Positions 37,926 through 50,271 of a stretch of 64,000 bases of DNA are shown here, piece by piece (positions within the stretch are counted from its first letter, which is position 1; each line of letters starts with the position of its first letter). The DNA comes from Felis catus (lineage: Eukaryota): the NCBI RefSeq assembly GCF_018350175.1, contig NC_058368.1:13890001-13954000 (forward strand), read 5' to 3'. A program made the position numbers and the translations under genes. The notes beneath the pieces were generated by a model. The model was not told the DNA's origin, made no database searches, and worked only from the letters and a program-made list of their open reading frames with translations.

Positions 37926-40900
37926 GAGAACAGCTTGGTTTTAGAAGTGATCTGTGGCAGACTTTTACAGTTGTTCTTTTAAGTTGTCACAGCAATCATT
38001 AACGAAACACAAAAATGAGAACCTACCATTGTTCTTATTTTGCAAATGAGGAAACATACCCAGAGGTTAGGAAAATGGAATGATAGTGGCACATGGGAAA
38101 ATCATGCTTTTGAATTTGTATAATTTGTATTTGTAATAGATTTGGTTCAAGAAAAGTTACCTTTATGTGTGTAAGAATGTATGTGTGTGTTTTCTGATAT
38201 AATAGTATATATGCTCATTGGAGATCATTTTGAAAATTTATGTGAAAGAAGAAATTAAAAATTAACAGTAATCTCATCACTCTACAATAATCATTGTAAA
38301 TACTTCAGTATTTGTTGACAGCATTCCAAGTGGTGGGGAAGTAAGAGCACTGGACTGAAAAGAAGGAAGCCTATATACTCTGCCTGTCCATTACGTTAGT
38401 TGTTGACTTTGGTTGTAAGAGTATCTTTATTACCAGCTTTTTTTGTTTTTTAATCATGAAGGATCCCTTTTCATTCCCTCCCGTCTCTCCCAATTTCTCC
38501 TAAATTATTTTTAATAAGTAAATATTACTTTGTTTTTTAGTGAGGTAAATGGTTTAACAATACTGCATTTATCTACACCCAATGAAGGACAAAGGAAGAT
38601 GATGTTTAGGCTAGGTAATACACTTTTAATTCCAGGGCATATAGTAGGTTAGACTTTTTGAAGTATTAAAAATAAATTGAGCATTGACTATTTGTATAAA
38701 GGCGTAGGGTCTCTGTGAAGGGAGCAATTGGAATAGATGGTCTGTAATAAAATTCTTTTCAGGTTTACAGTGCTGGTACTCTGATTCCATTGCACATTGG
38801 TATGAACTTTCTTCTTCATTATTATTCCCCAAATGGTAATTATTTTGCTTTCCAGACTAGGAAGCTACTGTATCGCAAATTGTTGCACATGAATATAGTT
38901 ATTTTAATGTGAATAATTTATGAGTTACGGACATGGTGTCCCTCAAAGATAAACATTTTTTTGCCTAGTATCCATTTTATGAGAAACTGAAAGTAAAGTT
39001 ATTCTTTGTATTTTTCATCAACTTTCTCCCAACCGTTACTGAAGCTGATATCAAGAAAAGTTTTTAGCTTTTAAGGTTCTCATTTTTGAGGCTGAGTACT
39101 ATGACGCTGTTATTCAGAATTGCATTCTTTGTTGTTATTTCTGGCGGTATATCCATCAAAATCTATCTGATGCTTGTATGTCGTACTAACAGTGTAAGTA
39201 CTGACGAGGGTTTTCTGGTATCCTTCAGGTTTTACATTCTCCTTAGTGCCAATTCCAGCTGACCTTATTATTATAATGCAATCAGTGAGATGTATCATGG
39301 TACCTTTTTCAGAGTGCCATTTGGCTTACTTTTACTTTTATGTAGACACACCTCCAGTTTCATGCTTATTAGATATTTTTCAGTGTAGACTTGATAAAGT
39401 CATCTAACTAAAAACCGCATGTCTCTTACCTTACTGTAGTATTAGAGAAACATTGTAAATGCTCATTTTGAGAAAAAACAAATAAAACTGAGGTAAAATT
39501 TAGTCCTGCATTTATTCTTTAATAATGTCTTTATAAGAATACTATTTTAAAATGCTTTTTAATCAGTGAAAGGTATTTAATCCATTGTTTGTTTTCCTTC
39601 ACTGACTCTGGGATGACAAAGCTATATAAAAAGTGGGCATAGAAATCCAGCTTATTGTTTTGGGAATTTTAACTGATATTTTAATAATTAATAATTTAAT
39701 AATAAAATATTTAATTAACACTCAATACTTTTATTATTATAGTTTTTTATTATTTTTGTTAAACTCAGCTTTTAAGGATGTGAGTACAGATTTGAGAATT
39801 AAAACGTTTAGTAATTAAAATGAGTTGTATCCAGTTTGACAGAAATGCTATTTTACTGGTAACACTAGACACTGAGGATAATTGTAAGCCATGTTTTTAC
39901 TTCTTGTAGTTCTGTACATCATTTTTCCATGGGTATTGCTCAAGACACAAACTGCTGTGAACAGGTTTTCCTTCCTGTCAACCTGGTATAGTGCAGTGAT
40001 TCAGCATGGGGCCACCAGTTATTGGATGCTTCTCTGCCAGGCACGATGATGGGTTATAGCAATTAAATACATGGCATATACTCAGGCCACACTAATCTAG
40101 TTAGAGACAGGAAATGAAAAATAACAATTACATATTGATAAATGCTTTCGTAAAGATAGTCACAAGGTATACATGCTTAGGAAATAGCATTGAATTGGGG
40201 GATGGGTTAGATTTTAAAATGCTTTCCTTTAAGAAATAACTCCTGAGCCGAATCCTGTTACCCAGATCGAGGGGATTAGAAAGGGCATTTCAAGCATGTG
40301 CAAAAACCTGAAGAGATGTGAGAAAACATAGCCTTTTCTTTCTTCATCCTGTTTCTCCATCGTGGGCTCTTTTTCCATAAAAACACTTTCTTTATATTCT
40401 CACTCTTTCCCTCTAGTACTTTTACCTCCTTACCTGAAATCGAAGTGCTTTTTCTTTCTTCCAAGTTCAGCGTGCTTGAAGATGAGCAAAGAATCTGGCG
40501 TTCTCCAGATACTTTGCTTCTAGATCATTTTTTAAAATCATCTGTTCCCAACAGTCCCTTCCTTCTTTGAAATCTATGCTGTACCTGCTGTATCATCCTT
40601 GTTCCATTATCTTTTAACCTGTAGAATATTCCTCACGGATTTTTGTCACCTGGCTCACCATTTTCCTTTGTAGACTACCTTCTAAGCATCATGGATAATT
40701 TTCACCTCATAGGTAAAAGTTCCCTGCAGGGCAAGCCTCTCTGTTCATTCCTATTCCAACAACTTTTATATTTATGCCACTTTAGCAACTGGCATATATG
40801 GCCAGACATCAAACTTTGGAATCACCAGAGCTGTTGTTTTAAAAATCTTGAAGGTTGCAGTTACTTATTCTGATATCAAGATATCTTTTATTTTTCCATT

Positions 40901-41165
40901 TCCATTAATCTGACTTTTGCCCTCATTGGGACATCTGGTTCTTTAATCTCTTCATTCTTATTTCTACCAAATTCAGATCCAATTGAATATTGTTACAGTT
41001 ATGCACATATGTGAGAGTCTTTGGTTTATTTGACCTTGACACTCTTTTTTTTTTTTTTTTTTGATCTCGGAAACACATATATGTATATTCTATATCTTAG
41101 TTGTCAGTCTGTCAGGGCTACGGGAGAACCCCATAATTGTCTTGATTGGTTTATTAGAAACACAT

Positions 41166-41401
41166 GTTTTTTGTTTTTTGTTTTGTTTTGTTTTGTTTTT
41201 AACGTTTATTTATTTTTGAGACAGAGAGAGATAGAGCATGAACGGGGTGGGTCAGAGAGAGAGGGAGACATAGAATCTGAAACAGGCTCCAGGCTCTGAG
41301 CTGTCAGCACAGCGCCTGACGCGGGGCTCGAGCCCACAAACTGCGAGATCGTGACCTGAGCTGAAGTCGGACGCTAAGCTGACTGAGCTACCCCGGCGCC
41401 C
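41166..41401 (-). mobile_element. Can-SINE
   Basis: (TTTTG)n tail; ends ctaccccggcgcccc. Confidence 0.93.
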
Positions 41402-41657
41402 CTGTTTTGGTTTTTAACATTATCTGGCTTCTTGGTTTCTCCCAAAAATTTTTTAATGGTTTTAATTTTGGTGTATTTGCTCTTAGACTTTTTTCAGTGC
41501 ATATGAAGACTGGTGATCAGGTATGCCGCAATAAGATGAAGAAAGATATTATGTATTTGGTAATTATCTTCTGTCCCTCATCCCATCCCCATTCTCAGTA
41601 ATAAAATAATAGTCATGAGTCACTCTCCAAGTTGTGGTCTAGAATACCAGTATTGAA

Positions 41658-41881
41658 GGGACGCCTGGGTGGCTTAGTCGGTAAAGCGGCCAGCTTGGCT
41701 TATTTCATGATCTTGCATTTCACAAGTTTGAGCCTCGCATCGGGTTCTGTGCTGACAGCTTGGAGCCTGGAGCCTGCTTCAGATTCTGTGTCTCCTTCTC
41801 CCTCTGCCCCTGCTGGAGCTCTATCTCTCTCTCTAATAATAATAATAATAATAATAATAATTATTATTATTATTATTATTT
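41658..41881 (+). mobile_element. Can-SINE with (TAA)n(TTA)n tail
   Basis: gggacgcctgggtggcttagtcgg head; TSD agaataccagtattg. Confidence 0.93.
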
Positions 41882-42007
41882 AGAATACCAGTATTGCTGA
41901 TGTTCCCTGTATGTTGCTTACCAATCCTATTTTCCTCCTCTTCTTTAGAGTGACTAATTCTGTGGGTATTATATTTATCATTCTTTTCCCTTTCATATGG
42001 TTTTAAA

Positions 42008-42216
42008 TTTTTTTTTTCAACGTTTATTTTTGGGACAGAGAGAGACAGAGCATGAACGGGGGAGGGGCAGAGAGAGAGGGAGACACAGAATCGGAAACAG
42101 GCTCCAGGCTCTGAGCCATCAGCCCAGAGCCTGACGTGGGGCTCGAACCCACGGACCGCGAGATCGTGACCTGGCTGAAGTCGGACGCTTAACCGACTGC
42201 GCCACCCAGGCGCCCC
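42008..42216 (-). mobile_element. Young SINEC_Fc
   Basis: Diagnostic young sequence; perfect TSD catatggttttaaa. Confidence 0.97.
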
Positions 42217-42369
42217 CATATGGTTTTAAAAACATATGTGTACATTAGCTGTATGTTGTTTCATTATGATTTTTTAAAAATAACCTTTATAAAATGCCTA
42301 TACATGATTTTCTGAAAAAAATTTTTTTGGACTGAACATCATGGGTTTGAATTAATTTATTTCACTATC

Positions 42370-42550
42370 TTTCTTAAAATTCAGCAAAACACTATGAGAT
42401 AGATACTATTATTATCCACACTTTACCGATGGGGAAGCTGAGCACAGATGTATATTTAAGTGACTTGCTAAGGTTATACATTCAGTAACTTTCAGTGTCT
42501 AGATTTCAACCCAAGGAGTCTATCTCAAAGTCCAGACACTTAACCATTAT
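42370..42550 (-). mobile_element. MIR fragment
   Basis: tactattattatccacactttaccgatggggaagctgagcacaga...aagtgacttgctaaggtta. Confidence 0.7.
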
Positions 42551-43033
42551 ATGTATAGTGCTTACATTGACTGCTAATCAGGGCACTGCAAATTAAACTG
42601 TGATGCTCACCATCCATAGATATGTCTGTATTTATCTTTTTGTCTTTCTGTATGTATCTACATATATTTAAAATACCAGCAGATGTCTTCAGGGAACTAA
42701 GAATCAGATGGACAGTACATTTCTTTATTAGTAACATCTGATTCCATAAGATAGTATGCTGATAAAACAACTAAGGGAAAATAACTTTGAATGTACCAAT
42801 GTCTTGTCCAGACAGATTGACATTTTAGAATAAGACAGAAATAAAGATAATTTCAGGCATATAGGAACTCAGAAACTGTCCTGTTGATCATTGATGAAAG
42901 AATTACTAATGATGTACTCTAACAAGAAGAGCAGGGAACCGAGAGAAAATAGTAGTATACAGGATGTAATGATGCACAGAGCTGTAAAACATGTTGGTAA
43001 ATCTAAATATAATTTAAAAGGTTGCATAGGAGT

Positions 43034-43461
43034 TGGGGCGCCTGCGTGGCTCAGTCAGTTGAGCGTCTGACTTTGGCTCAGGTCATGATCTTGCAATTGT
43101 CGAGTTCGAGCCTCACGTCAGGCTCTGTGCTGACAGCTCGGAGCCTGGAGCCTGCTTCGGATTCTGTGTCTCCCTCTCTCTCTGCCCCTCCCCCGCTCAT
43201 GCCCTGTCTCTCTCTGTCTCTAAATAAACATTAGAAAAAAAATTAAAAAAATAAAAGGGGGCAGAGCGGTTAAGTCAGTTAAGCGTCTGACTTTAGTTCA
43301 GGTCATGATCTCACAGTTCAGGAGTTCCAGTCCTGCATCAGGCTCTGTGCTGACAGCTCAGAGCCTAGAACCTGCTTCAGATTCTGTGTCTCCCTCTCTC
43401 TTTGTCCCTCCCCCACTCACGCTCTGTCTCTCTGTCTCTCAAAAATAAATAAATGTTAAAA
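43034..43461 (+). mobile_element. Two Can-SINEs head-to-tail (43034-43250 and 43257-43461)
   Basis: Two consecutive gtcagtt.agcgtctgacttt...tcaggtcatgatct bodies, each with a tail. Confidence 0.93.
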
Positions 43462-43659
43462 CAAAAGGCATATAGAAGTTGGGAGGGGAAGAAGTATAGA
43501 TGAGAACAAAATAGTAAGCTATGTTTGTGGTCCTTTTTGGGGGTAGGGTAGTTATATTTGCTAACATCAGATTTGGCTAGGAAAAAATAACAATAGCCTA
43601 CATTTTACTTAGCTTTTAGTATATATTAGTTTGAAAAAAATTTACATGGATTATAATAT

Positions 43660-46600
43660 ATACATGTATCTTGAATATGAATACATACTTGTGAAGGTGT
43701 ATAAACCAGCCCTTCCTGCCTTTGTTTCCCTCTGTTTTAGGCAACCAGTGTTTTAATTGTAGATTCCAATTCTCTATCAAACTGTTACTCTGAGGAGGGT
43801 AGCTCCTTGCCCATTGTTGGACATTAGGGGCTGTAAAGTGACTATCACTTCTTCAAAGTGTCCCAGTGTCCAAATTGGTGCAATATCATCTGTTCTGGTT
43901 CTTTTATAGCACTCTGAGCATTTGCATCTGTCACTGGGTAAGCAAAGTCCAATTCCGAGGCAGTGTCTGTTCCTGTCAAGACCCCCATTTGTAGCCTCCA
44001 GAATTACTAGCCTCCGTCTGATTTGCTTGCTATTACTTAGGGCCTTCCCACTAAGGAATCTCTCACATAGCCATCTGTAGTCTTTGTCTCTCTTATTGAC
44101 CAGCACAACAGTTTTTGTTGTCATTTTATGCCTCAGAGGATACAAGAGGGACGGACATGTCTAGATTTAGCTCATCCCTGTACTACTGTAGTGCCCTCAG
44201 GTCTACTCATTTCATGGGCTCAGATGGCCAACCTAAGTGGGCACACCGTGATAGCTGCTTATTGATTCCAGTCACCTTCTGAATCTGCGAGAGAGTTCTT
44301 CTGGTGGCCGTTAACATTGCACTCTGATGCACCCCTGACGTTCTGATAGTGATTTCCATAGGGCCATGCCCAATGTGAACCTCTCTCTTATAGGTCTGGT
44401 TTCCGTGGCCCTCCTGCCTGAACATAGAGGCAATTGGCCCCTGCCTATGAGTCAGTAACTACCTAAACATAGAGGCTTTTACCAGTGTTCAATTCTTCCA
44501 TCACTGCTAGGAAAACACCATGAAATTCAGCATACCAAACTGATCTATTTTTACCTTTTCTTCACTCAGAGTGGTGATTTTCCAAACAGGATGTTGTCCA
44601 TTCACCTTGGAACTTCTGTCCACAAACAAAGCATCTCTTTGTTGATCAGTCAAGAACTGTTCATATGGCACTGTCCAACTGACGGTAGAATCCAGCAGCT
44701 TCTCACACAGTTTCAGAGTCAGTCCTCAGGGAAAAGAAACCCCCTGCTCCTGAGACTCTCCTCCTTGCATTCCCCAGGCAGCATGATCTTGTATAAACCA
44801 TATTCATTTTATTATGTTTTGTACGCTGCCGTTCCCATTAGAGTCTTTCTCTGACATCATCCTAGACATTATGGCTATTTCAAGTTACAAGATCATTTTA
44901 TGTCCTTCAATCATAGGGATAGCTTCAGTAAATAATGTACAACGGCAAGGTAGTAAATGCCCCTCAAATGGAAATTTTCTAGTCCCGTGTTGTAGCAGTC
45001 ATTGCTGGGAGGCACTCACAGGCTCTTGGAACAAGCCCCTGTGTGTGCTCCACGTAGGGCTATTGCACAGAGAATTTGTTGCTCCCGGTGCTCCACCTTC
45101 TATTCTACAACGTGTGGACTCAGGCAGTCTTACTGCTTCCCATTTAGTATGTCCCATTAATATTACCTGAAGGGCAAGATGCCTTGTGGTTTACAGTACT
45201 AGGTCGGGGAAATGTTTCCCAGTCAGGTACAGTGTCAGTCTCCATAATACAATTAGATAAAAAAAAGACGCAACCACTTTGCATAAAGCCTGTTCAACTA
45301 TACCAATTCTGCTACAAACCTTTACCTTAATTCCATCAACTCTTTAGTTTGTAATGTAGCTTCCGTTAGGACCTCATAGGTTTTGGTTTTGCAATACTAG
45401 GTGGGGGGAAGTGTTCCCCAGCCAGACATAATAGCCATTCCCATGAAACATGCAGGTAAAATTGATACAACTTTTTTACATAATACCTGGTTAAACACTC
45501 CTGCTTTCATGTCATGCCATACATTAGCTTTTTATATTCTCTTAATCTAATTGCAGCCCAAGTCAGGGCCTTGCCAATGGGTTTTAGTACCACTTTTGTA
45601 GGACTCCTGTATAAAGGAGTCCTGGAAACTTCTCTTTTTTACCCTCTTAGCATTTGACCCACTCTTGTGCAAGTCTTTGGGTCCTCAGGAAGGCATTGAG
45701 CAAAGGGACCCTGCCTTTTGATTCATCTGCCTTACAACTGTCCCAAGGTATAACAGGTCAGGTTTCTCATTGTAATCTCTGCCTGCTAACTTTTTAATTT
45801 TTTTTCAAAATGTGGTAAATAGGGTAGATTTGTTTGGGTCTCTGTAATGTTGCAAGACCAGCAGAAGATCTATCTGGCCCACCCAGCTTTTGTAGTGCTC
45901 TATTAAAACCTGTGTGTTAACCCCAAACTTCATTTTATTCATCCTATATCTTAATAACCATCTAAAGATTTCTACCCTGCTGGGATGAATCCTGTGACTC
46001 TCCCCTTTATGATGATTTTTTTGTTTTGTCTCTCAATATTTGCTTTATTCACCTTATTTCTTACTACCTGTTTAAAATTTTCCACCTTGTTGGGAAGAGT
46101 CCCTTGACTCTCCCTTCAGCCTTCTCCCATTCGCTAATTAACCTAATGTTTTTATTAGCATCTGTAAGACCCATAAGGGAAAGCTGAGTCACCAAATTTA
46201 ATAAAGCTTCTAGAACTGTTTTTCACTTTTGTAGCAATAAGGTTATGTGAGGTAGCCATGTGAGAGAGACTTCCTTAACCGCACTTACCATGACTTGGAT
46301 AATGGGTATATTCAGCGGTGAATATCCTGGTCATGAAAAAGCTGGTCTAATATGGTTTGTATGTGAAGCATATCAGCTGCTTGATCTGAGATGTTCCACT
46401 TCACATTTATAGGCAGTGGTGGGCTGTCCATTTGCTCAGGGTAAACAGACCTAGTGGTGACTTTTATCCAGTCTACCATGCTGGCCGTTCCCTCGAGAAA
46501 AATCTCCTGTGTGTCTAGATTACAGATAGCCATTTGTGATTTTTTCCGTAGTGAGTGGTGGGTCCTGTGTCAGCCCAGATAGGCTCTTCCAACGCTGCAT

Positions 46601-47270
46601 CACTCAAGACCAGATACTCCTCCTAAATTAGTCACTCTCCTAATCCATTTTAGTAAAGGTTCTTCAGGAAGCTGATGATACCAGTCTACAAAGTGAGACA
46701 ACTTCACACTATATCCCCTAGTTTCAGCACTCCCTGGTTTTGTCCTCCCTCCATGTGGACTACCTTCTTGGTGACCAGAGGTCTTAGAAGTATTCTCTGT
46801 TGTTTCTGCATAATTTTTCCTTTGGGGAGTGGATTTGAGGGTAGTGGCCTCAGCCCAGACTGACTGAAATTTGAAGTTTGTCTATCATCAGGGTGTGACT
46901 CAGCACTTTTTATTTTATTTTAGCTCTCACAGCTAAAATAATATTACTATCTCTTGGTAATAATAACCAAGAGATTGTATATTTTGCCTGTTTCTTATTA
47001 ATTTGCATTTCTTTATGCATTCAGCAAACCAACTCCCAGGACGTTGGATTCATCTGCAAGCTCCTTTGGTGCCTTTTCCCTTTAGCAGGCGAGCACAGCA
47101 CAGTTGCTGCTCCACTGTGGGTGACCATGTGACCCCCAGGAATCAAAAGTTCTTCATCCCCCACCCTTCATCCTTTCTCTTCCCAAGCCATATGTTTCTA
47201 TGAGCCAGGCCCATTCGGGCAAATATCACTTCTCAGATCTGTAGCACATCTCCTGTGACTGCCACCGGTT
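43660..47270 (-). mobile_element. ERVL-class (MER21-int-like) internal region with degenerate gag-pro-pol, 3'-truncated
   Basis: Minus-strand remnants resembling HERV-L proteins: gag ETRGYSVKLSHFVDWYHQLPEEPLLKWIRRVTNLGG (~46615-46725) and ORF 46312-46533; protease KFPGLLYTGV (~45602-45631, cf. GLLDTG); connection FPFEGHLLPC...IIK*IWFIQDHA; RNase H TDS*AGANCL...NVNGHQ; integrase VLTGTDTASELDFAYPV and PPQSNSLIENWNLQLK. Many stops and frameshifts. Confidence 0.9.
47250..47267 (-). other. Degenerate primer-binding site, probably tRNA-Leu
   Basis: CGGTGGCAGTCACAGGAG directly after the LTR resembles TGGTGGCAGCGGTGGGAT, the complement of a tRNA-Leu 3' end; only the core GGTGGCAG matches well. Confidence 0.5.
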
Positions 47271-48015
47271 ATAATTCTGATGCCAGTTCTGATGTGTGTT
47301 TTCCCCTATATCACTAAGCATTTGACTCCGTTTAGACACTGTCTAACCTGTCAGATCCCACAGGTTAAAGGCTGAGTCCTGTAAGACTGCCTGCTTCCCA
47401 CCCCAAATGCAATCGCAAGTCCAGGTTATTGTGCTATAGATGGAGTTTCTATCACCCCTTCCCTGGGTTCAGTTAATTTGCTAGATTGGCTCACGGAGCT
47501 CAGAAAACATTTACTTACTAGATTACAAAAGGATGTAGCTCAGGAATGACCAAATGGAAGAGATGCATAGGGCAAGGTATAGGAAAGGGGCATGGAGCTT
47601 CTGTGGTCTCTGAGTATGCCACTGTCCCTGCATCTCTGGGTGTTCACCAGTTTGGAAGTTCTATGAACCCCATCCTTTTGGGATTTTATGGAGGCTTCAT
47701 TACATGGACATGATCGATGAAATGTTTGCCCGTTGGTGATTGAACTCAGTCTCTAGCCCTTTTTCTCTCCCCAGAGGTGTGTGGTGGGGTGGGAGGTCTA
47801 GATTGAAAATTCTAACCCTTTAATCCCAAATTTGATTCCCCTGGCAACCAGTCCCCAAGATTTGATTACTTTAAAGTCACCTCATTAACATGAAAAAAGA
47901 TATCTTTGTTTCTCCCCTCTGTTAGGAAATTCCAAGGGTTTGAGGAGCTCTATGCCAAGAATGGGAACAAAGCCCAAATATACGTATATTTCCTATTATA
48001 AGTCACAATATCACA
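47271..48015 (-). mobile_element. 5' LTR of the provirus, MER21C-like (ERVL)
   Basis: Minus strand starts TGTGATATTGTGACTTATAATAGGAAATATACGTATATTTGG, like the MER21C start. It abuts the PBS and gag, and resembles the solo LTR at 21915-22600. Confidence 0.85.
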
Positions 48016-48043
48016 TCAGGCCATCTCTCAAAAAGCAGAAACT

Positions 48044-48214
48044 GGGGCACCTGGGTGGCTCAGTAGATTAAGCGTCGGATTCTTGATTTCAGCTCAGGTC
48101 ATGATCTCATGGTTTGTGGGCTCAAGCCCTGCGGCAGACTCTGTGCTGACAATGCAGAGCCTGCTTGGCATAATCTCTCTCTCCCTCTCTCCCTGCTCCT
48201 CCCCCACACATCCT

Positions 48215-48258
<44 letters not shown>

Positions 48259-48276
48259 AAAAATAAATTTAAAAAA
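48044..48276 (+). mobile_element. Can-SINE
   Basis: ggggcacctgggtggctcag; TSD aaaaagcagaaact. Confidence 0.94.
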
Positions 48277-48289
48277 AGCAGAAACTATA

Positions 48290-48580
48290 GTTCATTCAAG
48301 GACAGAGACAGACACGTTAATAACTGGAGATTTTAACACATTCCTCTCTAAGGCAGATCATATTCATGTATCAAGTGTATTGAATACCTTAAATATGATC
48401 AAGAGCGGATCTTATTTATATCAAACTCTAAACCCTGACATTAGTGAACCATAACTTCTTTTTAAGTGCACATGGAGTGTTAATGAGCATTGAACATGTT
48501 AGAAGCCAACAAAAAAACTCAGTGAATTCCAAAGAAGAGAAATAATAAAAACAACATTCTCTGATCACAATGCAAAGTAC
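48290..48580 (+). mobile_element. L1 ORF2 endonuclease remnant
   Basis: Translates to LITGDFNTFLS (cf. IVGDFNTPLS) and later TFSDHNA. Confidence 0.75.
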
Positions 48581-48629
48581 TAAGAATGAACAAACTCATT
48601 CCAAAAACAGCAAGGAGAAAAATGATTCA

Positions 48630-49037
48630 CAGAAAACTTTGGCTAAGTACCATCAAATGACAGAGCTAAAACAATTTAGTAAGGAGCTTGATGTCCTTTA
48701 TTCAAAGAAAAACAATCCATGGACTGGGGGAGTAAGATACCTCACAAGCAGCAGAGTGCTCCTCCTGAGGAATTTTGGGCAAGAGGGATTTTTATAGAGC
48801 ATTAGTAGCTGCATTTTAGAAACAGGGCATGACTAACTGGGGTGGCATATCTGACCTTATTTCAAACAATTAAGGAACAAGGAAATAGGTATAGAGCCCA
48901 GTGTTGGCTTGGCATTTGGGAATGGGCTGACTGGATATATTGCATTTCTGGTCAAGAGTAACATTTACAGGAACACAAAAGTTCAGTTTGCTGAAGTCAC
49001 GTTCTGGGTAGAAATGCCTAGAAGTTTATTTCAACAA
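48630..49037 (-). mobile_element. Probable old ERV1-type solo LTR
   Basis: Minus strand starts TGTTGAAATAAAC, with TATAAAA (~48790) and AATAAA (~48697) in LTR order. Confidence 0.45.
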
Positions 49038-50193
49038 TAGAAAACACAGATGATAGAAAAAATTGATATATTAGTGATCAAAATAAGTGACATTGGATTG
49101 TGTGTGTGTGTGTCTGTATGTGTGTATATATATAACAACATAACTGAGATTGTAATGTGGGGAAAAATAAAATTCAGTATATATTTTTTTCACAGGAGAT
49201 TATAAGTGGTAAAAAGGATAACAAATGATCCAGGTAGTTAGCAATCCTCCTCACTCCTCTTCTTTCCACTGCCCCAAAACACTAGCTAACTATAAAAATA
49301 CACAAATATGGCTTTAAGATAAAAAGAATAAAGATGGTTACTAACTGATTATATTTTTGTTTACTCATGTGGAAGGAATGTAAGTTATTTTAATCCCACC
49401 AAGTATATGATTGTTTGTGTATTCCCTTATGGTTACACCTTGAAACTTTCATCCATGCATATTTTATTCCTTAACTTCAATTTTGTTCTGATATAGAGTT
49501 AATAGGTTGCTTTATCTTCTGATCTAGATCATAAGGTTGTGTTCAAGTCTTCTGTGAATTGCAATATTTGAAATAGTTTGCTGTGATGAGAAAGGAAAGA
49601 GAGAAAAAAACAATGGGCAGTTGGATTAGTGTTTGTCACTACCACCGATAAGCTTTGTTATTTCCTCTTGAAATGGTTCTTGTTTCATTAATCCCCTATA
49701 AGGCCTTCTTATGCCATTTAGAAAGCAGTTCTTGTAGGTTAGGGATATATCAATATTTTGTGTCTATAGAAAATACCAGTGCACTTATTTGATCTGTAGC
49801 TTATTTATTTCAGCAAGTTTACCATTGAACAAAATAGTCATGGTATTTCCAATGGGTGCATGACATGATAAAGTCCTAACTGTTTGAAGATCCAAACAAA
49901 GAAAAGTTAGAATACATAGCATTTGCCTAGACATTAGAAATTACTCACTTGAAAAGAGAGTAATAGGACAAAGTATATGAATTTGCAAAGTTGATATGTG
50001 AATATACACATGGTAGAATCAAAAGAGTCATTATCTTTATTTTTAAAAAGCTTAAGAGTTAAAAATGATTGTTTTATCATAACACTGTCCCAGTTTTTCA
50101 TTACTTCATTTATTGTATACCATGCATCTGCTAATGTTGATTATCATCTGTGTGACAAGCACTGTGCTAAGTGTTACAGGTAATACGATGAAC

Positions 50194-50206
50194 TGTAGTT
50201 TGGGAC

Positions 50207-50271
<65 letters not shown>

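Noticed and set aside
43777..44145. 122-aa minus ORF as a domesticated integrase
   Set aside because: The integrase-like residues lie in other, stop-ridden frames; this ORF is off-frame.
44591..45170. Plus-strand ORFs of 87 and 118 aa
   Set aside because: Antisense to degenerate ERV pol; chance open frames.
45600..45623. 9-bp inverted repeat aggactcct/aggagtcct over the protease motif
   Set aside because: Short, and plausibly a by-product of the GLL.TGV codons; no supporting context.
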